64,000 nt of DNA from Chthoniobacterales bacterium (lineage in GTDB: Bacteria; Verrucomicrobiota; Verrucomicrobiia; Chthoniobacterales; DYNR01): the NCBI GenBank assembly GCA_026418675.1, contig JAOAAX010000002.1, forward strand, positions 76,719-140,718, given 5' to 3'. Both the position numbers and the translations under genes were made by a program. Each line of letters begins with the position of its first letter. Within the stretch, counting starts at the first letter, position 1. Of this stretch, positions 1-8,872 are shown piece by piece. Under the pieces are notes generated by a model. That model ran no database searches, had not been told where the DNA came from, and saw only the letters and a program-made list of their open reading frames with translations.

Positions 1-1494
1 TTAGCAGGAATTTATCTTAATCAGCGAGTTCGTTTGCTCTTTATGAGCATACTAGTTTTGTCGCTTACGGTTGTGCTGGCAGTTTTTGGGTTAGTAATTT
101 CGGCGGTTTTTCGTCAGTTCCCCTCTGCAATTTTCCCATGTTTTGTGCAGATTCCGATAGCAATTGTGATAGGTTTAACTCTACATCGTCGTTCTCGAGG
201 TATTTTGCTCCCTTCAATCTTGGCTCTTGTGTTCATGTATCTTTCGATTGTATTTAGCGAGTGGGGGCCGTTTCATGCTTTCAATGCAGCGTTAGCTTCG
301 ATGCCCCTATGGCTTTGGACGCTAATCCTTTTAATTTATTGTTACTTGGCCTCGGTTTTGCCTGTTTGGGTATTGTTGCAACCACGAGATTTTATCAATG
401 CCTTACAACTTATATCTACACTTGTTTTGCTTTTTTTAGGGTTGTTGGTAACAGCGATTTTTGGCGGACCGCTTATTGTTGAAACATCTTCTAAATATTC
501 TCTTGAGATCGTTGCTCCACTTTTGCAAGTGCACCCGAGTGGAGCACCGCCGATCTTTCCTTTTCTCTTTATAACGATCGCGTGTGGTGCCGTTAGTGGT
601 TTTCACTGCCTTGTGAGTAGTGGCACCTCGAGCAAGCAACTTTCCTCCGAGCCTCATGCACAATTTGTTGGATATGGGGCAATGTTGCTTGAAGGTTTTT
701 TAGCGACTTTAGTAATTCTGGCTTGCATAGCAGGATTGGGGCTTGGATTTCAACTTCCGAATGGTCAAGTTCTCCTTGGATCAGCCGCATGGCACTATCA
801 ATATCAAAGTTGGCAAAATGCTGGTTCCTTGGCTGCAACGATTGCTTCATTTGTCACTGGCTCAGCAAACTTCCTTTCATCCCTTGGTATTCCTAGCTCA
901 TTTGCGATCCCTCTTATGGGGGTTTTTGTAGCTTCTTTTGCGGCAACAACTATGGATACTGCGTGCCGACTTCAACGCTATCTCCTCGAAGAGTTGTTCT
1001 CTCACTTTTGTATTAGAGGTCAGAAAGGCTCATCTTCTTTAGAAAAGCCAAGTGCTTCCTTTAGTCCTGTTTCAAGTCATGTTTGCACGATAGTCGCGAT
1101 TTTCTTTGCTGCTTTACTTGCTGCGATTCCTGCTCATGGGCAAGAGTGGAGCTTAGCTAATGCGGGCAAAGGGGGAATGCTGTTATGGCCAATTTTTGGA
1201 GCACTTAACCAACTTGTTGCGGGTATTGCTTTTGTCATTATCGCATTCTTCCTACGAAGGTCGAATAAACCAATTTGGTTTCTTGTATTGCCGGCAGTTT
1301 TCATGTTGGTCATGCCTACATGGGCCATATTGGACCAGCTCTTTATTGGCGACGAAGCCTCCCCCTCATGGATTACAGCTCGCAACTATCCTCTAATTTT
1401 TATTGCTTCTGTTTCCTTTGTTTTAGAAATTTGGCTTTTAGTTGAAGCCGTTCTCCTGTGGAAAAGCTTACCAAAGTCACATACCAAATTATAA
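1..1494 (+). CDS. cstA: carbon starvation protein A (CstA) family transporter; 5' end lies outside the window
   Basis: Frame 1 is open from nt 1, with no stop before the ORF-track Met at 34. Polytopic membrane protein carrying the CstA-type motif ACGAVSGFHCLVSSGTSSKQL. Confidence 0.8.
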   Translation, partial: LAGIYLNQRVRLLFMSILVLSLTVVLAVFGLVISAVFRQFPSAIFPCFVQIPIAIVIGLTLHRRSRGILLPSILALVFMYLSIVFSEWGPFHAFNAALASMPLWLWTLILLIYCYLASVLPVWVLLQPRDFINALQLISTLVLLFLGLLVTAIFGGPLIVETSSKYSLEIVAPLLQVHPSGAPPIFPFLFITIACGAVSGFHCLVSSGTSSKQLSSEPHAQFVGYGAMLLEGFLATLVILACIAGLGLGFQLPNGQVLLGSAAWHYQYQSWQNAGSLAATIASFVTGSANFLSSLGIPSSFAIPLMGVFVASFAATTMDTACRLQRYLLEELFSHFCIRGQKGSSSLEKPSASFSPVSSHVCTIVAIFFAALLAAIPAHGQEWSLANAGKGGMLLWPIFGALNQLVAGIAFVIIAFFLRRSNKPIWFLVLPAVFMLVMPTWAILDQLFIGDEASPSWITARNYPLIFIASVSFVLEIWLLVEAVLLWKSLPKSHTKL

Positions 1495-1632
1495 AATATC
1501 ACCTTCCTTAAAGGGGATTACGAAAAGAGCGAAGGCAAAAAATTCCTACACCCGGCTGCGACTTGAGGAATATTGTGTTTTATTATTTTTAACTTATTGT
1601 ATTCAAGTTTATTAGGAAAGACCAAAATTTGA

Positions 1633-1648
1633 TGGCACAATACCTGCT
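1633..1648 (+). promoter_or_regulatory. sigma-54 type -24/-12 promoter motif upstream of flgB
   Basis: TGGCACaataccTGCTt has GG (1634-1635) and GC (1646-1647) exactly 12 nt apart, as in the consensus TGGCACG-N4-TTGCW. It sits just upstream of the first flagellar gene, behind an AT-rich tract at 1570-1625. Caveat: it is only ~15 nt from the ATG at 1663. Confidence 0.5.
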
Positions 1649-1662
1649 TGCCCACCTTCGGC

Positions 1663-2058
1663 ATGAGCACTATCAACATAGTGGGCAACCTCTTCAATAA
1701 CGATGCATATCAGGCTTCCAAACGGATGCTGGACCTATCTGCAGCTCGCCACCGGGCAATTGCTTCAAATATCGCAAATGCCTCAACCCCTGGTTACAAA
1801 AGATTGGATGTTGACGCCTCCTTCGAAAGACAACTGATTACCAGAATTCGGAATGGCACGGTCAATGATTTTAATTCTACTCCAACGCTAACTCTCGATC
1901 CGAACGCCACCCAAACCCGTTCGGACGGCAACAATGTTCAGCTCGACCAAGAATTACATTTCCTCCATTCCAACTCAACGAATTATCAAGCTTTAACCCA
2001 ATTTGTTAGCGGTTCCCTCCGACAACTCAAAATGGCAATAACAGGAAAACCCATCTAA
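1663..2058 (+). CDS. flgB: flagellar basal-body rod protein FlgB
   Basis: Contains the rod-protein N-terminal motif AIASNIANASTPGYKR and heads a flgB-flgC-fliE string. The ORF track starts at TTG 1648, inside the putative promoter; ATG 1663 is preferred. Confidence 0.9.
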   Translation: MSTINIVGNLFNNDAYQASKRMLDLSAARHRAIASNIANASTPGYKRLDVDASFERQLITRIRNGTVNDFNSTPTLTLDPNATQTRSDGNNVQLDQELHFLHSNSTNYQALTQFVSGSLRQLKMAITGKPI

Positions 2059-2080
2059 AGCTATTAAACTTATCCTATTT

Positions 2081-2491
2081 ATGGACCTTATTCCTGCGTC
2101 TGCAATTTCAGCAAGTGCACTTACTGCAGAAAAAGTTCGGCTCGATTTAATTGCCGAAAATATTGCTAACGTTAACACTACGCGAACTCCGAATGGTGGT
2201 CCTTATCAACGCAAAGTTCCAACGTTTGAGGCTGCAATGGACATTGCTTCAGGCGCAGGGCATGGGGTTCGAATATCCTCAATTAATCAAGATACTACAC
2301 CGGGGCCTCGCGTCTATAATCCATCCCATCCAGATGCTGATGCTAACGGTTTTGTGCAAATGCCAAATGTGAACCTCGCTTATGAAATGGTTGACCTCAT
2401 TACTGCGAGCCGGAGTTATGAAGCTAACCTTGCCGTGATTCGCAACGCTCGCCAAATGGTGTCTCAAGCCCTTAGTATCGGTAGAATGTAA
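2081..2491 (+). CDS. flgC: flagellar basal-body rod protein FlgC
   Basis: N-terminal LIAENIANVNTTRTPNGGPYQRK and C-terminal SYEANLAVIRNARQM are typical FlgC signatures. Confidence 0.92.
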   Translation: MDLIPASAISASALTAEKVRLDLIAENIANVNTTRTPNGGPYQRKVPTFEAAMDIASGAGHGVRISSINQDTTPGPRVYNPSHPDADANGFVQMPNVNLAYEMVDLITASRSYEANLAVIRNARQMVSQALSIGRM

Positions 2492-2560
2492 TGAGTCCTG
2501 TAATTTTCCCCAACTTTGAGTTAAAAAATTTTGAAATAATAAACTTATTATTAATAGCTT

Positions 2561-2923
2561 ATGAATGTAATTGAGTCATTTACTTCGTCCCTTCTTGGAC
2601 AGGTTCAAGCCTATACTCCCCGAAATTTAGAACAGATTCGGCAGATTCCCAACCTCAACCAAATCGGCAAATCTCAATCAACTTCATCTACTCAGTCCCT
2701 CTCAGGTAATTTTGGCAAGGTTCTCGGAGAGTTTGTTAATCAAGTTGACGACAAAATGAAAGCAGCGCGCGCCGAAAGAACCAAAATTCTTACAGGCGAA
2801 TCCAACAACCTCCACCAGGCAATGATTGCAAGTCAAGAGGCAAATGTTGCCTTTACTCTTATGCTCGAACTTCGCAACAAACTTGTTGAGAGCTACCAGG
2901 AACTGATGCGGTCACAAGTTTAG
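2561..2923 (+). CDS. fliE: flagellar hook-basal body complex protein FliE
   Basis: 120 aa. The C-terminal half (HQAMIASQEANVAFTLMLELRNKLVESYQELMRSQV) matches the FliE family, and it sits in the expected position after flgC. Confidence 0.85.
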   Translation: MNVIESFTSSLLGQVQAYTPRNLEQIRQIPNLNQIGKSQSTSSTQSLSGNFGKVLGEFVNQVDDKMKAARAERTKILTGESNNLHQAMIASQEANVAFTLMLELRNKLVESYQELMRSQV

Positions 2924-3021
2924 TTTTTTTCTCGATGCCTATGGCTACAAAACCCCCAAATTATTTCACCGCTCCCATCGCTTCGCCTGGAACTCTATTT
3001 TAGTCTAACTTTCACAAGCCC

Positions 3022-4599
3022 ATGAAGCAAGTTTTTCACCAACTATCTATCATTTGGCGTGAACTTGGTATCAACCAGAAGGTTAGTATAATTCTTGCCG
3101 CACTAGCCGTTCTTGGTGGGCTTGTAGCACTTGTTGTTTGGGCAAATCGTCCCACCATGAAGCTACTTTACGGTGGCCTAAACGATAAAGAATCAGGCGA
3201 AATCATCTCAGCACTCACAGAAATGGGTGTTCCTTACGAAATTGGAGCAGGCGGCCGTTCTATACTTGTTCCTTCTGATCAAGTTTACAAAGCTCGCATG
3301 GAACTTGCTTCAAAGGGACTCCCTTCAAACCCTACTGGTATTGGGTTCGAAATCTTCGACCGTTCCAACTTTGGTGTTAGCGACTTTGTCCAGCGCACAA
3401 ACTTCGTTCGTGCCCTCCAAGGGGAATTAGCTCGAACAATTGCTCAGCTTCGTGGTGTTCGATCTGCTCGTGTGCTTATTGTTCTCCCCGAGAACCGGCT
3501 CATCCTTCAAGGCGACCAAAACCGCCCTTCTGCTTCTGTTTTTGTCGATACAGGTTCGATAACTCTCGATTCAAATGCAGTCAACTCCATACGTTCCCTA
3601 GTAGCCAATGCCGTTCAAGGCCTACGCCCTCAAGACGTGACCGTGGTTGACAACCAAGGGAATTCCCTTTCCGATGATTTAAATGCGGATCCCCTTTTGG
3701 CTACCGCTTCAAGCCAAATGAAATTCCGCAAACAAATTGAAGATTACCTCAGTAGCAAAGTTGAAACTATGCTTGCCAAAGTTCTTGGTCCTGGCAATGC
3801 CGTTGTTCGTGTAGCTGCAGAAATTAACGAAGAGCAGGCCGTAATTCAGGAAGAAAAATTTGATCCAGAAAGCCAAGTCGCTCGCACGGAAAATATTATC
3901 GAAGATAATACGACTACCAACGAACAAAATCAACCCCCGGCCCAGCAAGTCGGTGTTAGTGCTAACATACCAAACCAGCAACAAGCTGCGGCTGGCGCAA
4001 TCATCCCTTCGAAATCATCCGTTACAAACCGCTCGTCCCGCACACAAAACTATGAAATTAACCGCGTTACGACGAATATTACCCGTAATCCTGGTTCGAT
4101 CACCCGCATTACTGCTGCCGTTTTCCTCGCTCCCAAACCCACTTCTGATGGTCAGCAGTCCACACCCCGCACAGCGGAGGAAATTGCAGCCCTCCGTCTT
4201 ATGGTTGCTAATTCGCTCGGCATCACTACCCGAACACCTGAAGAACTTGAACGCCTTGTATCAATTACAGAAACACCATTTGCTCCAATTGTAACTGCTG
4301 GCATATCAAGCTCCGATTCCCTCTCCAGTTTTATGGACAATCTCGGCCCGATAGCTGCAATTCTCGTAGCGATCATCATCTTTGCTATTTTCTTTATTTC
4401 CCTTCGTAAAACCAAACCCGAGGAAATTACTTTTGAGCTTATTGAAGAAGAGCCCCAGGAGCAAAACACTGCACAGAAGCTTCTTCCTGCTAAGGACCAC
4501 AAGATTTCTCCCGAGCTCCTCAATCAGCTTATCCAACAAAAACCCGAAAATGTTGGTGTTACAATCCGCGATTGGTTAGCAAACAAGACTGGAACCTAG
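3022..4599 (+). CDS. fliF: flagellar M-ring protein FliF
   Basis: 525 aa with an N-terminal TM segment, a YscJ/FliF-type periplasmic domain (LYGGLNDKESGEIISALTEMGVPYE) and a C-terminal TM segment. Located between fliE and fliG. Confidence 0.9.
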   Translation: MKQVFHQLSIIWRELGINQKVSIILAALAVLGGLVALVVWANRPTMKLLYGGLNDKESGEIISALTEMGVPYEIGAGGRSILVPSDQVYKARMELASKGLPSNPTGIGFEIFDRSNFGVSDFVQRTNFVRALQGELARTIAQLRGVRSARVLIVLPENRLILQGDQNRPSASVFVDTGSITLDSNAVNSIRSLVANAVQGLRPQDVTVVDNQGNSLSDDLNADPLLATASSQMKFRKQIEDYLSSKVETMLAKVLGPGNAVVRVAAEINEEQAVIQEEKFDPESQVARTENIIEDNTTTNEQNQPPAQQVGVSANIPNQQQAAAGAIIPSKSSVTNRSSRTQNYEINRVTTNITRNPGSITRITAAVFLAPKPTSDGQQSTPRTAEEIAALRLMVANSLGITTRTPEELERLVSITETPFAPIVTAGISSSDSLSSFMDNLGPIAAILVAIIIFAIFFISLRKTKPEEITFELIEEEPQEQNTAQKLLPAKDHKISPELLNQLIQQKPENVGVTIRDWLANKTGT

Positions 4600-4683
4600 C
4601 TCCAAAACTCCACATCCCTTGCTAGTTGCCTTGAAATGTTTATATTTTGACAACCTCCACTAAAATCCCACTCCGAGCAACCA

Positions 4684-5703
4684 ATGACTGAGAGCGAATA
4701 CCAATCCCTCTCCAAATACCAAAAACTCGCTGCCTTTCTGATAACGATTGGCGAAGAACAAGCAAGCCATATCCTCCGGCAACTCACCGATGAGGAAATC
4801 GAAAAAGTAGTCAAAGAAATCGCAAAATTTGAAACTGTTGATTTTGAGCTTCAGGAGATGGTTATGGAGGAATTCTGTAGTCTGGTTGGTAAAGGCTTAT
4901 CCTCCTCCCTAGGCGGTGTTCCATTTGCTCAGCGTTCTCTCGAACGTGCCAAAGGCCCTCACATCGCTTCCAATATTATGCTCAGGGCACTTCCAGCTAG
5001 TAGCTCTATAGATGCTGTCCGTGAGCTTGACGAAATGGACACCCGCCAAATCTTTAGTATCATCAAAGAGGAACAACCCCAGACCATATCTTTTCTCTTC
5101 TCTTATCTCGAGCCCAAAAAAATCGCTACCATACTACCTCTTTTTCCCCCTCAACGGCGCGAGGAAATTGTCGAGCGGCTCGGAACGATGGAACCTATTT
5201 CCAGCGAACACATTGGCAAAGTTCTAAAATGTCTCTCCAAGCGTATAGCTGTCGGACCCCAGAAGCATGCAGTTCACCGTCGTGGCGGAGTTAAAACTGT
5301 CGCCCAGCTGCTCAATGCTCTCGACCGTGAGACCAGCAAGGCCCTTTTGGCTCGAATAGAGGAACGCAACGCTCCACTTGCTCAAGCTATCCGTAAAAAC
5401 CTCTTTTCCATGGAGGATATTGCCCGCCTCCCTGTTACCGACATCCAAAAAATCCTTCGCGAAGTCGAGAGCTCCGACCTCTGTATGGCGCTCAAAACGG
5501 CTCCCGAAAGTGTCAAAAAGGCCATTTTCTCAGCACTTTCCAAACGTGCTGGCGAAGCTCTCAAGGAGGAAATGGAAATGCTTGGTCCGGTCCGCGTCAG
5601 CGACATCGAACAAGCTCAAGACCGTATCGTTGCCATCGTCAGCAACCTTGCCGATGCCGGAGAAATCAATATCACTTTTGATACTGATGATATTGTCTCA
5701 TAG
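4684..5703 (+). CDS. fliG: flagellar motor switch protein FliG
   Basis: 339 aa. N-terminal KLAAFLITIGEEQASHILRQLTDEEIEKV and a C-terminal FliG_C-like region (LSKRAGEALKEEMEMLGPVRVSDIEQAQ). Confidence 0.92.
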   Translation: MTESEYQSLSKYQKLAAFLITIGEEQASHILRQLTDEEIEKVVKEIAKFETVDFELQEMVMEEFCSLVGKGLSSSLGGVPFAQRSLERAKGPHIASNIMLRALPASSSIDAVRELDEMDTRQIFSIIKEEQPQTISFLFSYLEPKKIATILPLFPPQRREEIVERLGTMEPISSEHIGKVLKCLSKRIAVGPQKHAVHRRGGVKTVAQLLNALDRETSKALLARIEERNAPLAQAIRKNLFSMEDIARLPVTDIQKILREVESSDLCMALKTAPESVKKAIFSALSKRAGEALKEEMEMLGPVRVSDIEQAQDRIVAIVSNLADAGEINITFDTDDIVS

Positions 5704-6274
5704 AACCATCCGCTTTAAAACTCCTCCGAAGGCAGTTTTGCTTGCTCGATCACCCAACGAAGAGCAAATGGCTTTTATCCAGCAACAAATCGAACAAGCC
5801 CGCGAAGAAGGACGCCGCCAAGGCCGGGAGGAAGTCATGGCTATCCTTAACGCCCAAATCCTAGAACAACGCTCCCAATTCGCACACCTCCAGGAGAATA
5901 CTTTCCGTTCCATAACTGCTGCTCATGCTGAGCTTTGTGAGCAGCTCCGAAAGGCGCTTCCCCTCCTCGCCCTTGAGGTCGCGCGCCGTGTCCTCGGTGG
6001 CATCGAACTTGACCGAACAATCATCCACACTGTTGCAGCAGAAACCCTCCAGGAACTTGCTCCCGGAACTCCCGATGTCGAACTACGCCTCTGTCCTCTT
6101 GATTATGAACTCGTCCGCAACATCGAACGCGAATTTAACCATATTTACCCCAATCTCAGAATTGTTTCGGACCCTGAACTTCGCCCCGGCGACTGTATTG
6201 CTCGCAGCCATTTTGGAACGATTGACGGACGCCTCGAAACAAAACTCCAATCAATCCAGGAAGCAATAATATAA
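5687..6274 (+). CDS. fliH: flagellar assembly protein FliH (start inferred)
   Basis: Sits between fliG and fliI. Has a charged coiled-coil N-terminal half and a FliH/YscL-like C-terminal half (PGDCIARSHFGTIDGRLETKL). The ORF-track start at 5378 lies inside fliG; in-frame ATG 5687 is preferred. The stop overlaps the fliI ATG (TAATG). Confidence 0.65.
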   Translation: MILSHRTIRFKTPPKAVLLARSPNEEQMAFIQQQIEQAREEGRRQGREEVMAILNAQILEQRSQFAHLQENTFRSITAAHAELCEQLRKALPLLALEVARRVLGGIELDRTIIHTVAAETLQELAPGTPDVELRLCPLDYELVRNIEREFNHIYPNLRIVSDPELRPGDCIARSHFGTIDGRLETKLQSIQEAII

Positions 6275-7638
6275 TGTCTTTTTCCTCTATGAGCTTGTCT
6301 GCTCCAATTGCTACCCCAACTCTCGATGTCCAAAGCGTCCTTCCAATCCTTACAGAACGGATCCGATCAACCCCTACCCTTGTCCGCTACGGTGAAGTTG
6401 CTCAAGTTACAGGTTTAGTTATTGAAGCCAATGGGCCCCGTGTTTCCCTTGGAGACCTCTGCATTATTACTGCGGCTTCTGGTGCTACCATCCATGCCGA
6501 GGTGGTCGGTTTTCGCGGCCAACGAGTTCTTCTCATGCCTCTTGGCGATATGCACCAAATCCATCCTGGTTGCCCGGTTGTTGCCACCAATTCCCGAGCG
6601 GAATTCCGCGCTGGCCTTGGCCTTATTGGCCGAATTCTAGATGGAATCGGTCGCCCGATTGATGGAAAAGGGCCGCTTGAAACATCAACGACTCAGCCCC
6701 TCCATCGCCAACCACCCAACCCGCTGCTTCGTCGCCGTATTTCCCAACCCTTTGAAACCGGTATCAAAGCCCTTGATACGTTTGTTCCTTTTGGTCGTGG
6801 CCAACGCGTTGGCCTTTTTGCTGGCAGTGGTGTTGGCAAATCAACTCTTTTAGGCATGATTGCCAGGGGTGCAGAATCCGATGTCAATGTCCTCGCCCTT
6901 GTCGGTGAACGAGGACGCGAACTCCGAGAATTTATTGAGAAAGACCTTGGCCCTGACGGTATGGCGCGTTCGGTTGTCGTCGTTGCAACTTCCGATCAGC
7001 CGGCCCTTGTTCGCCTCCGTTCGGCCCTCCTTGCCACATCCATCGCAGAATTCTTTCGCGATCTTGGAAAAAATGTCCTCTTCCTCATGGATTCCGTAAC
7101 TCGCTTTGCCATGGCTCAGCGCGAAATTGGACTCGCAGTTGGCGAACCTCCTGCAAGTCGCGGTTATACACCGTCCGTTTTTTCCCTCCTCCCCAAATTG
7201 ATGGAACGCACAGGCAATAGCGATACCGGTTCTATCACTGCCATTTATACTGTCCTTGTTGATGGTGATGATATGAACGAGCCAATTGCCGATGCTGTTC
7301 GGGGCATCCTTGATGGGCACGTTGTTTTGTCGCGAGCCCTTGCTACTGCCAATCATTACCCTGCCATTGATGTCCTTGAGAGTGTCAGCCGTCTTATCAA
7401 TGAAGTTTGCACCCCCGCGGAGGTTCAACTCGCTGCCAAAGCTCGTGATCTCCTTGCTACCTATCGGAAAAACGAAGATCTCATTTCCATTGGTGCCTAC
7501 ATTCCCGGACAAAACCCCAACCTCGACCTAGCGGTTAAAAAGTATCCTGCTCTTTCCGAATTCCTACGCCAACCTATCGAAGAGAAGGTTCCCCGTTCTC
7601 GGAGTTACCAGCTCCTAGCCCAAATCCTCCAGTCATGA
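6274..7638 (+). CDS. fliI: flagellum-specific ATPase FliI
   Basis: 454 aa F1/T3SS-type ATPase with Walker A GSGVGKSTLLGMI and Walker B-region LFLMDSVTRFA. Confidence 0.95.
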   Translation: MSFSSMSLSAPIATPTLDVQSVLPILTERIRSTPTLVRYGEVAQVTGLVIEANGPRVSLGDLCIITAASGATIHAEVVGFRGQRVLLMPLGDMHQIHPGCPVVATNSRAEFRAGLGLIGRILDGIGRPIDGKGPLETSTTQPLHRQPPNPLLRRRISQPFETGIKALDTFVPFGRGQRVGLFAGSGVGKSTLLGMIARGAESDVNVLALVGERGRELREFIEKDLGPDGMARSVVVVATSDQPALVRLRSALLATSIAEFFRDLGKNVLFLMDSVTRFAMAQREIGLAVGEPPASRGYTPSVFSLLPKLMERTGNSDTGSITAIYTVLVDGDDMNEPIADAVRGILDGHVVLSRALATANHYPAIDVLESVSRLINEVCTPAEVQLAAKARDLLATYRKNEDLISIGAYIPGQNPNLDLAVKKYPALSEFLRQPIEEKVPRSRSYQLLAQILQS

Positions 7639-7711
7639 GCTTGAGCCCAAAATTTTTACTCCTCCCCTGCAAACTTGAAACTCCCTCACATGTGGACAAA
7701 AGCAAATAGCC

Positions 7712-8182
7712 ATGAGCAAACCAACCTTCCGCCTCCAAACCGTCCTTGATTACAGGGAAAATCTCAAAGAACAGGCTGAAAATGCTCTCCGCATTGCTCT
7801 CCGCGAGCTTGAGTTGGCTCGTGCTCGGCGAAATGAAGCCCAGAAACTCGCCGATCACTTCGCTCAGCAAATCTGCCAAAATTCTGCTCCCCAGCTTGCT
7901 GGCCAACGCGAACGCGCTCACCTCTCCTACCGTGCTCAAATTGCGATTGTTGAAGAACGACAAAAGGAAATTGAACAAGCCCTCGAAGTTGTTCGCAAGT
8001 GCCGTGAACGCTACCTTAAAGCTTCTCGTGATTACGAAATCTTACTTCGCCTCAAGCAAAAGTGGGAAAAACGAGCTGCCTACGAAAGCCAACGACGCGA
8101 AGAATCCGTTCTTCACGATATCATCTCCTCTCGTTTCTTCCAGACTCATTGCTTGCCGCAGTTTGAGCTCCAGCAAATTTAA
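7712..8182 (+). CDS. fliJ: flagellar export chaperone FliJ
   Basis: 156-aa all-helical charged protein starting FRLQTVLDYRENLKEQAE, immediately after fliI. Confidence 0.75.
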   Translation: MSKPTFRLQTVLDYRENLKEQAENALRIALRELELARARRNEAQKLADHFAQQICQNSAPQLAGQRERAHLSYRAQIAIVEERQKEIEQALEVVRKCRERYLKASRDYEILLRLKQKWEKRAAYESQRREESVLHDIISSRFFQTHCLPQFELQQI

Positions 8183-8244
8183 CCAACTACTAGACGCTCC
8201 CTTTCAACCAAACTCCCCACTATTAGCTATCCAGACTTCCACCC

Positions 8245-8856
8245 ATGCCGCTTCTCGTAATAGCAGCAGGCATCGCAATGCTCCTCGGTATGCTTACAAT
8301 GAGCTTTAGTCTCCAAATGAACTGGCACAAAATTGGCGAGACGGCTACGGAGTATGCCGAGCGTGTCCGCATTGCCCCTCGCTCGTGGGATTTCTGGACC
8401 CTCGAAATGTCAAATCTTGCCGAAGAACTTAAACGCGAGCGTGATTCCCTCGAACAAAGAAAGCGCGACCTCGACGCCTTCGCCCAACGCATCCAAGCCG
8501 AAAAAGCCGAGCTCGAGAACCTCCGGAACCAAATCAATTCCATCCGCGACGAAATTAACCGTTCGGTTGTTACCCTTACCGAGGCCGAAAAGCCAAACTT
8601 AAAAACTCTTGCCCGCACCTATGCTTCCATGAAGCCAGCCGAATCGGCTCCAATTCTCAGTCGAATGAGCGACGAAATGGTTGTCAAAATTCTAGCTCTA
8701 ATGAAACCCGATGTCGTTGCAAACATCCTCACCCAGATTTCCAACCTCCAACCTTCCACATCCAACATTCCTGCCGAGTTTATAGGAAGCGCACGTGCTG
8801 CCCGGATTAGCGAAAAACTTCGTCTTCTCAAGCAAGAACAACCCCAACCCCAATAA
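8245..8856 (+). CDS. MotE/YlxF-like flagellar protein (TM segment, coiled coil, MgtE_N-like domain)
   Basis: N-terminal TM segment, a coiled coil, and the motif ARTYASMKPAESAPILSRMSDEMVVKILALMKPDVVANIL. It occupies the same position as ylxF between fliJ and fliK in Firmicute/spirochaete-type operons. Confidence 0.6.
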   Translation: MPLLVIAAGIAMLLGMLTMSFSLQMNWHKIGETATEYAERVRIAPRSWDFWTLEMSNLAEELKRERDSLEQRKRDLDAFAQRIQAEKAELENLRNQINSIRDEINRSVVTLTEAEKPNLKTLARTYASMKPAESAPILSRMSDEMVVKILALMKPDVVANILTQISNLQPSTSNIPAEFIGSARAARISEKLRLLKQEQPQPQ

Positions 8857-8872
8857 CTTTCTTCCTTATGTT

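Noticed and set aside
6850-7512. 220-aa minus-strand ORF antisense to fliI. Similar cases are a 200-aa ORF at 20052-20654 antisense to groEL and 103-118-aa ORFs at 18316-18737 antisense to dnaK.
   Set aside because: They lie entirely opposite strongly conserved genes, have no recognisable motifs, and have odd composition. They are typical shadow ORFs created by the codon bias of the sense gene.
8323-8338. Additional TGGCAC-N…-GC sigma-54-like matches inside coding regions (8323-8338 in the MotE-like gene, 44355-44370 in tkt), plus one on the minus strand at ~10703-10720.
   Set aside because: They have no appropriately positioned downstream gene start. Given a TGGCAC hexamer, a GC at the right spacing is expected by chance about 1 time in 16, so location is the only discriminator.
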